A stretch of 33,255 nt of DNA from Tubiluchus corallicola. Lineage: Eukaryota; Animalia; Priapulida. This document shows positions 12,269 through 24,324 of this stretch, piece by piece (the first letter of the stretch is position 1; the number at the start of each line of letters is the position of its first letter). A program made the position numbers and the translations under genes. Under the pieces are notes generated by a model. The model made no database searches and had not been told where the DNA came from. It saw only the letters and a program-made list of their open reading frames with translations. Location: assembly GCA_030141605.1 (NCBI GenBank), contig JAQGDQ010001123.1, positions 27,766 through 61,020 of the forward strand, read 5' to 3'.

Positions 12269-14171
12269 AAATGTTTTTAAACTGTTGTAAATTAAAGTTT
12301 TTAATGTAAGTTCTGTTATTTTAATAATAAATAATTTTTGTTTTGGGTTCTAATGTGCATCACACGTTACCCCACTAAGGGATGTTTAACAAGCCTCTTG
12401 TTTTAGCTTTTATATCCAGACGTAGCAATTATTTCTCATTTTACAGATCTGTTAAAAAAATTAGTGTAGGTTAAAATGTTCTTAACAAGCTTGTTAAGTG
12501 TTTACCTGGTTTGTTAGCCGTAATTAAGATCCACTTTAAGTGTTTCTATGACAAGATTAGTTTACTTTGTAAATTTTGTTGCAGATTCTGATAAACAAAC
12601 ATTTGTTATGTATATGTAATTTAAAACAATTAAGTCAATATTGTCAAACATGATTTGTCTAGTGATCTTAAAATGTCGCATCAGCAAAATTTAATACTGT
12701 GTATATATTTTATCACCAGGATCGGCGACACCACTGCCGCTGCCGCTGCCGCCGCCGGCACTATAACCTACTGTTACTGTCAACATGTGCTCGAAGACGT
12801 TCATTATTTACTAATAAAACATCTTTATTGCCTGTAACAATACAAATCAATTCTGTGATAGAACAATTGTACAAAACAACGGAAATGTTAAACCTACATT
12901 AACTTGAGAAAAAGATAAACAATGATTATGAAAATATGTGTCCGATTAAACAATTCGAAGCATAATGTTTACACAATGTGAATGCTTACAGTCAACCTAA
13001 ACCCTCACTATAATAATAAGTTTTTACAATTTATCATCCTACTCTCATCACGAATACTCAATTTGAATTATTTGAAGAACCGCCATTTTTCATTGCGCGT
13101 CACGAATGACGTAATGAGTACAGTCACGAGGTCACCAAGCATCGGTAACCGAAGACGCTTTCTGTACCTTGTACATCATTCTCGCTTACTCGCGGCAAAG
13201 AAGTGAAACATGGCTATATTTACTGTCCAATGCACGTGTTCGAAATTCAAAAGTAAAAGGTAAGATATTTAACTTAAAAGTCTCTTTTGTGTAATAATAA
13301 TAACTATGAATTGTTTGCGTAATCATAATAATGCGTTAAAAATTTTCAATGTCTGTTGGGATTATATAGGATTTTAAATTCTAGCAGAGCACTTATCCTA
13401 CTGAATGGATGAACTGTCCATTGTTAAAACAATGACATATTCCATTACATTTACACTTGATCAGCTGTTTGCTTCTGACAATACATACATGCAAAACACA
13501 ATTATGTCACATTTGGGAACTCGTAAGCACACAGATTTATGAAATGCAATCTTTATTCTTTCCAAAGTAGTATTACAACGCAATAGAAGGGGAATGAGAG
13601 ATGTTACCATGGTGGAGCTCTTACCCCTCTGTTATACACTGCAAAATTTAAAACAGGAACAAACACCTCAGTTTATAAAACATGTAGTCTACAGCTTTGA
13701 GGGTATGAATCAAAATATCACAAAGCTTTTTGCTTATATGTTATACAAGTTAATACAACACAAGTGATTGCATTTGGCACATACTTGAGTAGGTTTGCGC
13801 TTGTTTACACAAAATTTGACAAAGACAGACAAAATAATTAAACAGAGCAAAGAATCAAAAAAGACACAAAGCCTGGATATAACGTGGACAAGACTTGCGT
13901 TGAATTGTAATTACAGGAATTTAAACAGAAGCAAACGATACATCAGATTTGAGGGAGCACGTTTATGTATGATAAAGTGTGAAGCCTGGATTTAAGTAAA
14001 ACGTCCCAAAATAACTATTTAACATGTACGTACAATTTGTGCATTGTTGTAGAAGTATGTTAAAATTATTTACTTTTATTGTGTACTTTTATTTACAAGA
14101 ATTACCTAAAAGGTAGAAAAAATGCTGCTACACAGCGTTCACGCTTTTATCAATATAATAGTGGGAAACCC

Positions 14172-14415
14172 GCACATAATTTTGAAACTTTTATTACAAG
14201 GAGAACGACGTTTCGTTTACTGGCAGCTTCGTCGGTATGTAACAGTATGTTAATACTAGCATGGTATGATAAAGTATGTTACTATGCTACTTCGTTTACT
14301 GGCAACACAGTATGTTAAAGTATGTTAATACTAGCATAGTATGTTAAAGTATGTTACTATGTTACCAGTAAACGAAACATAGTTTTCCTTGTATTAGAAG
14401 TTTAAATATTATGTA
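14172..14415. mobile_element. Small palindromic Penelope-like remnant with degenerate hammerhead
   Basis: cataattttgaaacttttattacaaggagaacgacgtttcgtttactggca is mirrored at about 14363-14413; the minus strand reads CCGACGAAG..CGAAACGTC; short internal duplication. Confidence 0.5.
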
Positions 14416-14566
14416 TGGTTTGGTGTCATTATAAACAAAAACTTGATGAAAATCTTAGATTCAAGTTTACCACAGACCAGTGTACTCAAAACCTAGAAGT
14501 TGTCATTTAAGGTTCGGACTGATTATATTCCAGTGCTTAACAGGCAGTCATATTTAGCCTGGTGCT

Positions 14567-15262
14567 TCAGTGGTTGTATAGTGATGATGACCTTCTTCTT
14601 GGAAGGTGGTAACCAGTCGGACCATAACCTGGGTCAGTGTATCTGCTTCCTTGTCTCTTGTGAAATTCATAGTATCGTGGATGTCTTGGGTGGTATCTAC
14701 TCCTTGGATAATGAGGTCTTTTGTAATGGCCTGGTGGATCATGATAATTGGAACCACTGTCACCTCCGAAGTCAGCATAGCTGTCGCCTCCGTGACTGCC
14801 ATAGCTAGTGCCCGTGCTTCCGCTAAAACTGGCATAGCTGCTTCTGTGTCCCCCCGTCTTTCTTCCGTATCCACTGCCCGTGCGATGTGGTCGATGTCTT
14901 CTTTGCGGAGGCCGAGGAGCAGGCTTCGAGGGCAAAAGTATGTAATGGTCAGTGAATGTTGATTCGTACAGGTCTTCATAGGGAATTGTATGTCTTTCAA
15001 AATAAACACCAACTGGAGGCTGTTGGGTTGTTGTTGATTGTGGTATGTAGTATACCTTCTCTGGAGCATCCTTACTCGGATGTGGGGTGTAACTTCGTGG
15101 AGGCGCATGGGCTGCGGGATAATAATCTGTTGTGTAAGAAGGAGGATAATCAGTGAAGTAGCCTGTTGTTCGGTAATATGATGGGTGATACGATCCGTGC
15201 ACGCGTCCTCTTGGTGGATAGCCCTGTGCTGCTACTTGTACAGTCTCAAAGACCACAGCTAC
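14567..15262 (-). CDS. Gene B main coding exon: Tyr/His/Gly/Pro/Arg-rich paralog of gene A (231 aa in this exon)
   Basis: Acceptor gaattcAG at 15263; starts VAVVFETVQVAAQG, collinear with gene A VVINSEFMQTAAQG; shares KVYYxPQ, HTIPYEDLYEST[Y/F]TDHYI, YEFHK, YGPT and KRPHY. Confidence 0.85.
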   Translation of the reverse strand, partial: VAVVFETVQVAAQGYPPRGRVHGSYHPSYYRTTGYFTDYPPSYTTDYYPAAHAPPRSYTPHPSKDAPEKVYYIPQSTTTQQPPVGVYFERHTIPYEDLYESTFTDHYILLPSKPAPRPPQRRHRPHRTGSGYGRKTGGHRSSYASFSGSTGTSYGSHGGDSYADFGGDSGSNYHDPPGHYKRPHYPRSRYHPRHPRYYEFHKRQGSRYTDPGYGPTGYHLPRRRSSSLYNH

Positions 15263-15398
15263 CTGAATTCATTAACAAACATGTTAGTTACCGAAGACAT
15301 TATTGATGTTGATGAAGGCAATGACGAAGACACCACTGCCGCCACGACTGCCACAGCCACAGCCACTGCCATTATCAACTTTGCTATCGTGAACTTAC

Positions 15399-15450
15399 CA
15401 TCATATTTTCACAGGTAACAACTAAAATGAAAATTCGCTTGGGATGTAAC
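15399..15450 (-). CDS. Candidate upstream exon of gene B (..LHPKRIFILVVTCENMM); start codon uncertain
   Basis: Donor GTAAGT at 15398, phase 0, in frame with the main exon; ATG ATG just before the donor; possible acceptor ttatcAG at 15451; hydrophobic stretch in frame. Confidence 0.5.
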
Positions 15451-15882
15451 CTGATAAACGCATTGTTTTCTACTTGAAACCTGTCTAGTTCTCATTATAG
15501 GTTTTAAATAATTAGTAATATTAAGTTTTAAATAGTTGTCACATTGTGGCGTCCTAGTATCACATCTTATCACATGCACATTACATTATATTGTAGACAT
15601 TTTGTAGGCAGAATTCAGAATTCTAAAATAATAGAAATAGTGGAGTGCATTCGTATGATAAATTTTTACGTAATTGAATTCTGTAGCAACGGTAAATGGC
15701 GTTCTTAATAACACATTCGCGAAATGAATTCTATGGCAACGTTAAATGAGTTGTAAATGACATATCCAGGCAGTTTTTTAGAAGAAAACCGAATAAGAGA
15801 ATAACCAAATGCTTCGCATTCCGAAGTAATTGTGTAGTAAGCCTAATCACGATTTCATGATGCGCATGCGCAATTACTGCAG

Positions 15883-16175
15883 GTCAAATGGTAAGTGCAC
15901 CACAGCAACGCGTCTTAACTACATCCGACATGTGTGTAAAGCAAACCCGTCTGCCGCATTAGTTTAGTAACTTCAGTTGTTTCACGTGGACTTTGCTTAA
16001 CTATGCATTAGTCAGCGCATAGAGTGATTTACTAGCAGGATCTTGCTTGGGAACAAAAAAAATGAACTAGGTAAGGCTCTAGCTAGCTGTTAAAACTGTT
16101 ACTATTACAATAGCACGGGCTGCGAGGCGTTGTAAACTATACAAAATGTGTTGTCTAGTACACTTAACCTTTGAC
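15883..16175. mobile_element. MITE with imperfect ~18-bp inverted termini; second, inverted partial copy at about 31122-31323
   Basis: gtcaaatggtaagtgcac ... gtacacttaacctttgac; 15880-16078 aligns by eye to the reverse complement of 31122-31323. Confidence 0.6.
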
Positions 16176-16389
16176 GTTTTTACGATCATCATCAATCGCT
16201 GCAACTGTGAAAGTGCTCATTCTGCAATCACAGTTACTGTGATAATTTTCTCTACCGCTGTCAATACTTACATTGAATATCAGCGCCAAGAGAGCTTTCA
16301 TTGTCGTAAAGGGCAGGTGAGTGGGGAGTCTAGTACCTCTAACTTTCTCACACCTGAAAAAAGCAAAACAATTACGACTGATATATCGC

Positions 16390-16548
16390 AAAATTTTAGG
16401 CAGTAACTTTTTCTAAAATTTACACAAAAAGCTATCTAGGTCAATAAAAAAATTTAAATGCTGAATGTGTTGGCAGGAAACTTTTCTATTGACCTACGGT
16501 AGATAGCTTTTTGTGTAAATTTTAGAAAATGTTACTGCCTAAAATTTT
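16390..16548. repeat. Near-perfect inverted repeat (about 60-bp arms), fold-back/MITE core
   Basis: aaaattttaggcagtaactttttctaaaatttacacaaaaagctatcta is mirrored at 16500-16548. Confidence 0.85.
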
Positions 16549-16746
16549 ACTGTCTCAAATTTTTTACTGTCTTCATGTAGTTATAAATTTTTCTTGTACC
16601 AATACCTCTGGTGGCATCCAAAAGATTTTAAGAAGTACATATTATTACATTGTTATCGCTCATATACATTATGTTTGATATCGGTTTACGAGCTTTAAGC
16701 TCACGTTTTACAAATAAGTACTGTTTTATATCATATGAAACTAAAT

Positions 16747-17180
16747 CTTATCTTATCTTATCTCATCTCATCTCATCTCATCTCATCTCATCTCATCTCA
16801 TCTCATCTCATCTCATCTCATCTCATCTCATCTCATCTCATCTCATCTCATCTCATCTCACCTCATCTCATCTCATCTCATCTCATCTCATCTCATCTCA
16901 TCTCACCCCATCTCATCTCATCTCATCTCATCTCATCTCACCCCATCTCATCCCATCTCATCTCATCTCATCTCATCTCATCTCACCCCATCTCATCTCA
17001 TCTCATCTCATCTCATCTCACCCCATCTCATCTCATCTCATCTCACCCCATCTCATCTCACCTCATCTCATCCCATCTCATCTCATCTCATCTCATCTCA
17101 TCTCATCTCATCTCATCTCATCTCATCTCATCTCATCTCATCTCATCTCATCTCATCTCATCTCATCTCATCTTATCTTA
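16747..17180. repeat. (TCTCA)n pentanucleotide microsatellite
   Basis: Direct reading; TCTTA units at both edges. Confidence 0.97.
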
Positions 17181-17419
17181 GTACGAAAACTATGCTATTC
17201 TGCAAATGCTGGAGCTGTATATAAAGCATAAGTGTTTATGCTAATATATTTTTCTTCAACCTTATCACAAAATTTGTCCAATTGTAAATTGCTTTAGGTT
17301 CTAACTACTTTACCTATTCCCAAATGATTTAAAAGGTAACAAAACGCTCTTCATAATTGAGGCTTAGCCATTTCGTCTCGCAGTTTTGTATCACTTACAA
17401 GGCTGTCTTATTGCTTACA

Positions 17420-17767
17420 AAGCTTGCGTTAACAGTAAAGTTGTATAAAACTGATTTAAATTTAGATCCCTAATTTAAACTATTAAATTTAAATTAATGA
17501 CAGTTGGGCGCAACCATTTCAATGGTAAGTCGTTTTTGAAACAAGTTTAGGTTTCTTAAAGTTTGAAAAGTAATCACAGCATTTGCAGCCCACTCTTCAC
17601 TAAATATGTAATAGTTTAAATTACTCTATATTGTCAATAAGATTGATAACGTGTTTTAGTGAAACAGCGGTGCACCCTGGGATGTTGATACATACTGCCG
17701 TTTTACCAGGTGGCGCGATTATTTTAAATTATTTAGAATTTTCTTTTCCATTTACACAAGTCTTTCA
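17420..17767 (+). repeat. Diverged dispersed repeat, partner at about 22840-23158
   Basis: Collinear blocks ggcgca.ccatt, taatca.agcatt, caccctgg, ttttacca, aattttctttt...aagtcttt. Confidence 0.7.
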
Positions 17768-18299
17768 AACACGTAATCGTAATACTAAGTAATATAAATT
17801 TGCAAGAAAGTTTACTGGGATATATGATACAAGCTAAAAATCGTTTTTCTTTCTCTTTAAGTAAGCTAAACTTCCTTTCTCTTTAAAAATCGCGCAGATC
17901 TTTTTAACTTTTTCTCTACAGCGGTTCCTAAATAACCTCAAGAAGTGAAATATCATCTGCATAGCTAAAGTGCATAAAAGAGCGACTATGATACAAGCGC
18001 GAATGCATTAATCAGGGTTACTTACACTCAGCCTCTTCACAACAGGAAACTGTGACAAGAATCTCACTCAATACGATACTCACGACAGATAAAAAGGAAA
18101 GTTAGCGTTATAAAGCTTGTCTATTCACTAATGACCCACATATTGTTACGGCTTTCTGTTACTGAAGATGTAGGCTACAAGGACAGACATCGTTAATCTT
18201 GTCCCAGTTACATTGACTTTAAATTCACTTTTAAAAGAAAATTTATTATACCCACTAGCAATATTTGTTATGATTAGCATTATTGTCGTCCTGATATGC

Positions 18300-18995
18300 C
18301 TAAAAACAGTAAAGTTTACAACGGACAAGTCTATACATAGTAAAGTTTATAACGGACATGTCTATACATAGTAAAATTTGTAACGGACATGTCTATACAT
18401 AGTAAAGTTTGCAACGGATATGTACACATAATTAAGTTTGCAAAGGATAAGCCTATACATAGTAAAGCTTGCAACAGACATGTACACATAATTAAGTTTG
18501 CAAAGGATAAACCTATACATAGTAAAGTTTGCAAAGGACATGTACACATAATTAAGTTTGCAAAGGATAAACCTATACATAGTAAAGTTTGCAACGGACA
18601 TGTACACATAATTAAGTTTGCAAAGGATAAGCCTATACATAGTAAAGTTTGCAAAGGACATGTACACATAATTAAGTTTGCAAAGGATAAGCCTATACAT
18701 AGTAAAGTTTGCAACGGACATGTACACATAATTAAGTTTGCAAAGGATAAGCCTATACATAGTAAAGTTTACAACGTCAAGTCTACACATAATTAAGTTT
18801 GCAAAGGATAAGCCTATACATAGTAAAGTTTGCAACATACATGTCTAAATACACTAAATTTTGCTATGTACATGTCTAAATACACTAAAGTTTGCAACGT
18901 ACATGTCTAAATACACTAAATTTTGCAATGTACATGTCTAAATACACTAAAGTTTGCAACGTACATGTCTAAATATACTAAAGTTTGCAACGGAT
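18300..18995. repeat. 29/30-bp minisatellite with a 60-bp dimeric core
   Basis: The 60-bp period is visible line-to-line at about 18393-18830; 30- and 29-bp monomers at the flanks. Confidence 0.95.
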
Positions 18996-20170
18996 ATGTC
19001 TTAAAGCAGCAGGGTTTGCTATACGCAACACGTAAGACGTTATACGAAACTATGGCCAGTATATAATTTGACATAAAATGACACTCTATGTCCATCTTGC
19101 CAAAATTCACGTTGCCTCTGTTATGAGATCCATTATTTTTTGTAATCAAACCTCAAGTCAGAAGTTAAGCAAACATCAATACAGATAACTACAGATTTGA
19201 TGAAAAAGTTATACGTTTACCAAATCAGTACATTGGTAGAAAAATTGAGGTTCAACCCGTATTAGAACTCACTCCTTTCTGCTGCGTGTTCAGATCATCA
19301 TCCGTTTGATTTGTTATCTAGGTCTATAGACTAGGTATATCTAGGCATATCTTTCACCCCCCCCCCCTCCGTGTGCTTGCCTGCGGTTATAGTGATTATG
19401 AAAGTGATAGAAATTGTTCAACTTTAATGCACTTTAGCAGTTTGACTTTTTCGCCTATTTAAGTGTAAGTTCATTGATAATAAAATTGTAATTGTACTTT
19501 TTGAATATCCTGCACGCTAATGAATACGTAAGAGCAATAGTTTTAAATACGTCACTGCTTAAGTGAAGTACTAAATAATATAAATAAATAAATGTATGTT
19601 TATATACTTATATATATATATATATATATTTATTTATTATATACTAATCCACATCAGACAGGATAGTCACAAGACATAAGATTATTTTTTTAACAATTAT
19701 ATAATGTATAATACTAATACAATTATTATATTTTTATTATATATTATTATAATGGATATTACATATGTACATGTATATTACTGTATACAATGATATTTGA
19801 TATAATATTATGCTTACAATACTCGTTAATACAGCTGCTAGCAATTTCATTAACGGCCGAGTTTTAACAGACACCAGATTAAAAGGAAAACCGGATGGTT
19901 GTGTAGACGTTAGCTCAGAATAAATAATGCTCTAAAATATTGAAAACTACAATAGCTCTTTTTAAATCAAAGCTAAGATTAAACAATAATTACCTCAGAT
20001 ACTCAAATTTCGTTAAACTTTCAAAGCTACGCACGGCTCAGTGAATCTACTAAGATTGGCAGCGACGCCTTTTTGTCAAATTCGCGTGGCCGACAAATAG
20101 AAGGCGGTACCGTGCTAAGCATGATCTTAAATTGCAGTGTTAGTTTCATGACGTCATATGATGTAAAGCC

Positions 20171-20407
20171 CATTTTTCGTGACATCGTGCGTTTAAGCAG
20201 TACCCTATGCAAATGTGCTTGACGCGCAAGGGAAGATGCCTGCCATTGCACAAACTGTGGTTAGTTTCTGACGTAAGCAATAGCTGTGTTCGGTTGCCGT
20301 TAATTAACTTTCTAAGCTAATTATTCAAATACAAGTAACAATTGTTAACTTTTATAGGCAAGAAAATGTATATTTTGGACAGTAAATTAAAATGAGATTG
20401 AGTCTAA
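20171..20407 (+). repeat. Dispersed direct repeat, partner at about 21561-21798
   Basis: Shared blocks such as ctgtgttcggttgccgttaattaacttt and aggcaagaaaatgtatattttggacag. Confidence 0.85.
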
Positions 20408-22080
20408 ACAATTGTCTGGTCTTCCTTTAACAGAGAAAAACAAAAAAAGACAAAAACCAAGGTTTCCCAACATCCTTGTTCTATAACTTGTATTTTCACA
20501 GTTAATAAAGGTCTTGTATAGCAAACAGAAACACACGACCTCTTTAACACCATAACAATACTTAAGCACAGTTCACGTAAAATTACTTACCCTTTGATAA
20601 GATAATCCGTCAGATGTTTGCGGAATCTTACACGTATTCATGATTTTATAGCACGGCATTGTAACATATCACCCTAGTTTTTACTTGGCTGTGCACAGAT
20701 GCGTAAAATTTAATAGATAAATTATGATATTTAACCTGTGGATTTTAATTACGATATCGGTGCCCCTGTAAGAACTTTCGCGGTTCTTGAATGATTGATT
20801 GATTATACATGACGAGGGTGGATCCATTTTGCAAGGGCTTTATGCTGCGAACTGTTGTTTCATTAGTTGTGTAAAGTTTAGCAATTTAGGTTTAAAACTG
20901 TTTATAGTGTGAATATAATAATTTTCCAACTTAGAAAAACATACTTTGGTTTATAAAAAATTCCTGCAATGTAATTTTTGTTACGTTACAGTTGTAATTA
21001 TTAAAGCAAGACAGGATTATCTTTCATACACTACCACATTTTCAGGTCCGATAAAAGTATATATTTCAGCACAAATAATACTGCAAAAGCGGTTCTGATA
21101 ATTAAATTATAGATTAAAATCTTAATTAATGGCGGGCGAGCCCAACTACTGATGACATCACAAACGAACGTAATTTTCAACAGCATAAATATTGCATGAG
21201 CGTGTAAGAACCCTGTAAGAACTGTAAACACGTGTTGCACGCGTTTATTAAAGCGAAAGTTGAAGTTCAGTGCTACAGTAAGATATCCAGTGTGTTGTAC
21301 TAGAACAAGACAAGTTTTAAGATAAAAATTCAAATTTCAAATTTACCGATGCGCTCACGCATGAGCTATCGAACGCGTGTAGTTCGTCAGAAATTAACAC
21401 ATTTGAACTGAGAGGTACAGCACCTGTTTTTGTGCAATACAATATTGGAAACTACAACAGCATTTGTTAAATCAAACCATATATTAAAAACAATTACCTC
21501 TGACACTCCCGGTAATATGCCTGTGTAAGATAACATGTGACGTTCGTGTGACGTAGAGCTCATTTTCGTGACATCACATCAGCATCTTAAAGCAATGTAA
21601 GCGAAAGTGCTTGACACGCAGAGAAGATGCATACCATTGTACAAACTGTTGTTAGTTTGTGGCGTAAGCGATAACTGTGTTCGGTTGCCGTTAATTAACT
21701 TTCCAAGTTAATTATTAAAATATTAGAAACAACTGTTAACTTTTACAGGCAAGAAAATGTATATTTTGGACAGCAAATTAAAGTGAGATTCAGTTTAATC
21801 AATAGTGCAGTTTTCCTTCAGGCAGAATATCAGATATTTCCCTAGAACCTAGAATTGCTGTCCATCTGTGATATCCATCAGATCATATTTTTAAACAAAA
21901 GTTGAGATGTGGAAATTGAGAAATTGTTAATTAACTACGTACATAAAATTTCAACTATATATGATTGTAAATTAAGAGGTGCGAATTAGTTACCAAAAAT
22001 ACCAAAAATTAATATATATGTATATAATATGTATATATATATATCAGAGTGCAGACTGAATGACATATATATATAGAGAG

Positions 22081-22665
<585 letters not shown>

Positions 22666-24324
22666 CGTCGACTACGCTTAAAAAGAGTCCTGTAATTGTA
22701 AGGACGCGTTCCTATAATTTAGTAATATTCACCTAAGTTTGTGATTTGTCAAAGCACAAGAAAACCCTTCACTTACGCAAAGCTTAAAAAATTTGTCTTG
22801 AAATTTATATATCTTACATACTGCCTTTTTGCATACAGGCCTTGCGTCGGCAGTAACGCTGTATAAAACATGTAAATTTAAACTCTCACAATGATGGTTA
22901 GGCGCAGCCATTTTAGCGGTAGGTCGTTTGAAAGAAGATTAGATAACATAGCGTGCAGTTTAAAAAATAATCAGAGCATTCGTAGCGCACATGTCACTAA
23001 CTAAGTAAAATTTAAAATTACTGTATCTTGTCAACGAGATTAAAAATACGTTTTTGGTTAGTGGCTCACCCTGGACGGTGAATCAGCGACATTTTACCAA
23101 TTGGTGAAAACATTTTAAATAATTAATAATTTTCTTTTCTAGTTACATAAGTCTTTAAAGCAGGTGAGTGAAAGTTTTGCATGGAAAGTTTTTTTGGGAC
23201 ATAGTTTGACAGTTTGTTTTCTTCGCCTGATTTACGCTGTGCGTATATGACGTCACGTAATGGCGACTTTGAAACAGTATTGGGGTAGATTTAAAATGAA
23301 AACAAACAAAAAATTCTTTCAACGCGAGTGCGATGTGCGCATAAAATTGATGTAAAGTAATATAATTTTTCAAGGCGATTTTTCTGAAACCTACTTCAGG
23401 TACCTCTTTTCTTGTCTTTTAGCTGTACTTGTGTAGACTTGTGTTTGTGAAATAAAGCATTTATTATTATATATCATTTCACCACGAAGTCAGAATTAAC
23501 GTATTACACTAACAAGCGAAATTACTATCATAGTTAGCTCGAATCCATTCTTGTGGAACGTTGACAGATCAACAGCTGTTGTCCACTGACTGACCACTTG
23601 AGCCTCATTCTTAGGATAGGCCCAATAAAACTCCCACAAAACATTTTGAACAAACATTTGGATATAAATGTTATCATTACTGCCAACATTGTCACCATCA
23701 TTATCGTCATCAGCATTACTATTTTCATTTCACTTTTAGTAGCTGCTTGACATTTGTCGTGATTCATGTTTGCGATCTCTGAAGTTCTTTAAATAATTAC
23801 TGCATCTTCTTAGCCTTGTGGTGTGCTAGGAATCAGCTGCCACCCCCCCCCTCTGTTACTGCAATAGGTAACTTTCCATATATTTTGCTTTCATTTCATA
23901 TCACGTCGTTTGCCTCATACTGTAGAAGGAGTATCAGTTAGACCTGTCTAATCTGCTTTAACTGCTATAACTGATTCATTTTCTACAGTATTCTAGTATA
24001 AATGCCTGGTAACTGATTCATTTTCGACCGTATTCTAGTATAAATTGCTGGTAATCCTGTTTCTCATTCACAGTCTATAGAGACGTGTCCATGTTAGCTA
24101 TTTGTTGTTTTAAATGTTGTATAAACGTTCACTCACTAAAAGATTATTGGTATTTTTCTATACAGCTAATGATGACTTTTTCTTTAATGCTTTTTCTTTG
24201 CAGAGTAAAAGTAACTCTTTACAGCTGCTGTATGACAATGTATGACATGTTTGGTTGATTGGATTATTTATTGAAATTGAGATGTACTTTACTGTATGAT
24301 TATATTATATAAATTATTTGTATT

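Larger units (their letters stand above)
11101..12336 (+). mobile_element. 5'-truncated Penelope-like retroelement with inverted terminal repeat
   Basis: 11101-11298 is an inverted copy of about 12165-12336; internal decayed GIY-YIG sequence; hammerhead motif in the 3' repeat. Confidence 0.8.

Noticed and set aside
12590-12780. Third paralog remnant (shares gacaccactgccgc with the gene B intron)
   Set aside because: Match is about 14 nt of low complexity; no coding-exon similarity nearby.
13209-13259. Possible first exon MAIFTVQCTCSKFKSKR with GTAAG donor
   Set aside because: No partner exon or recognisable domain found.
14554-15108. Overlapping 184-aa ORF as a separate gene
   Set aside because: Shadow frame of gene B; only its last ~12 codons appear meaningful (frameshifted tail).
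18331-18838. Repetitive Cys/His-containing ORFs on both strands
   Set aside because: By-product of a 60-bp period divisible by 3; no splice or start context.
20591-20659. Minus-strand mini-exon MPCYKIMNTCKIPQTSDGLSYQR, THAP-like start
   Set aside because: Resemblance too weak; no downstream W/CxxHF motifs found.
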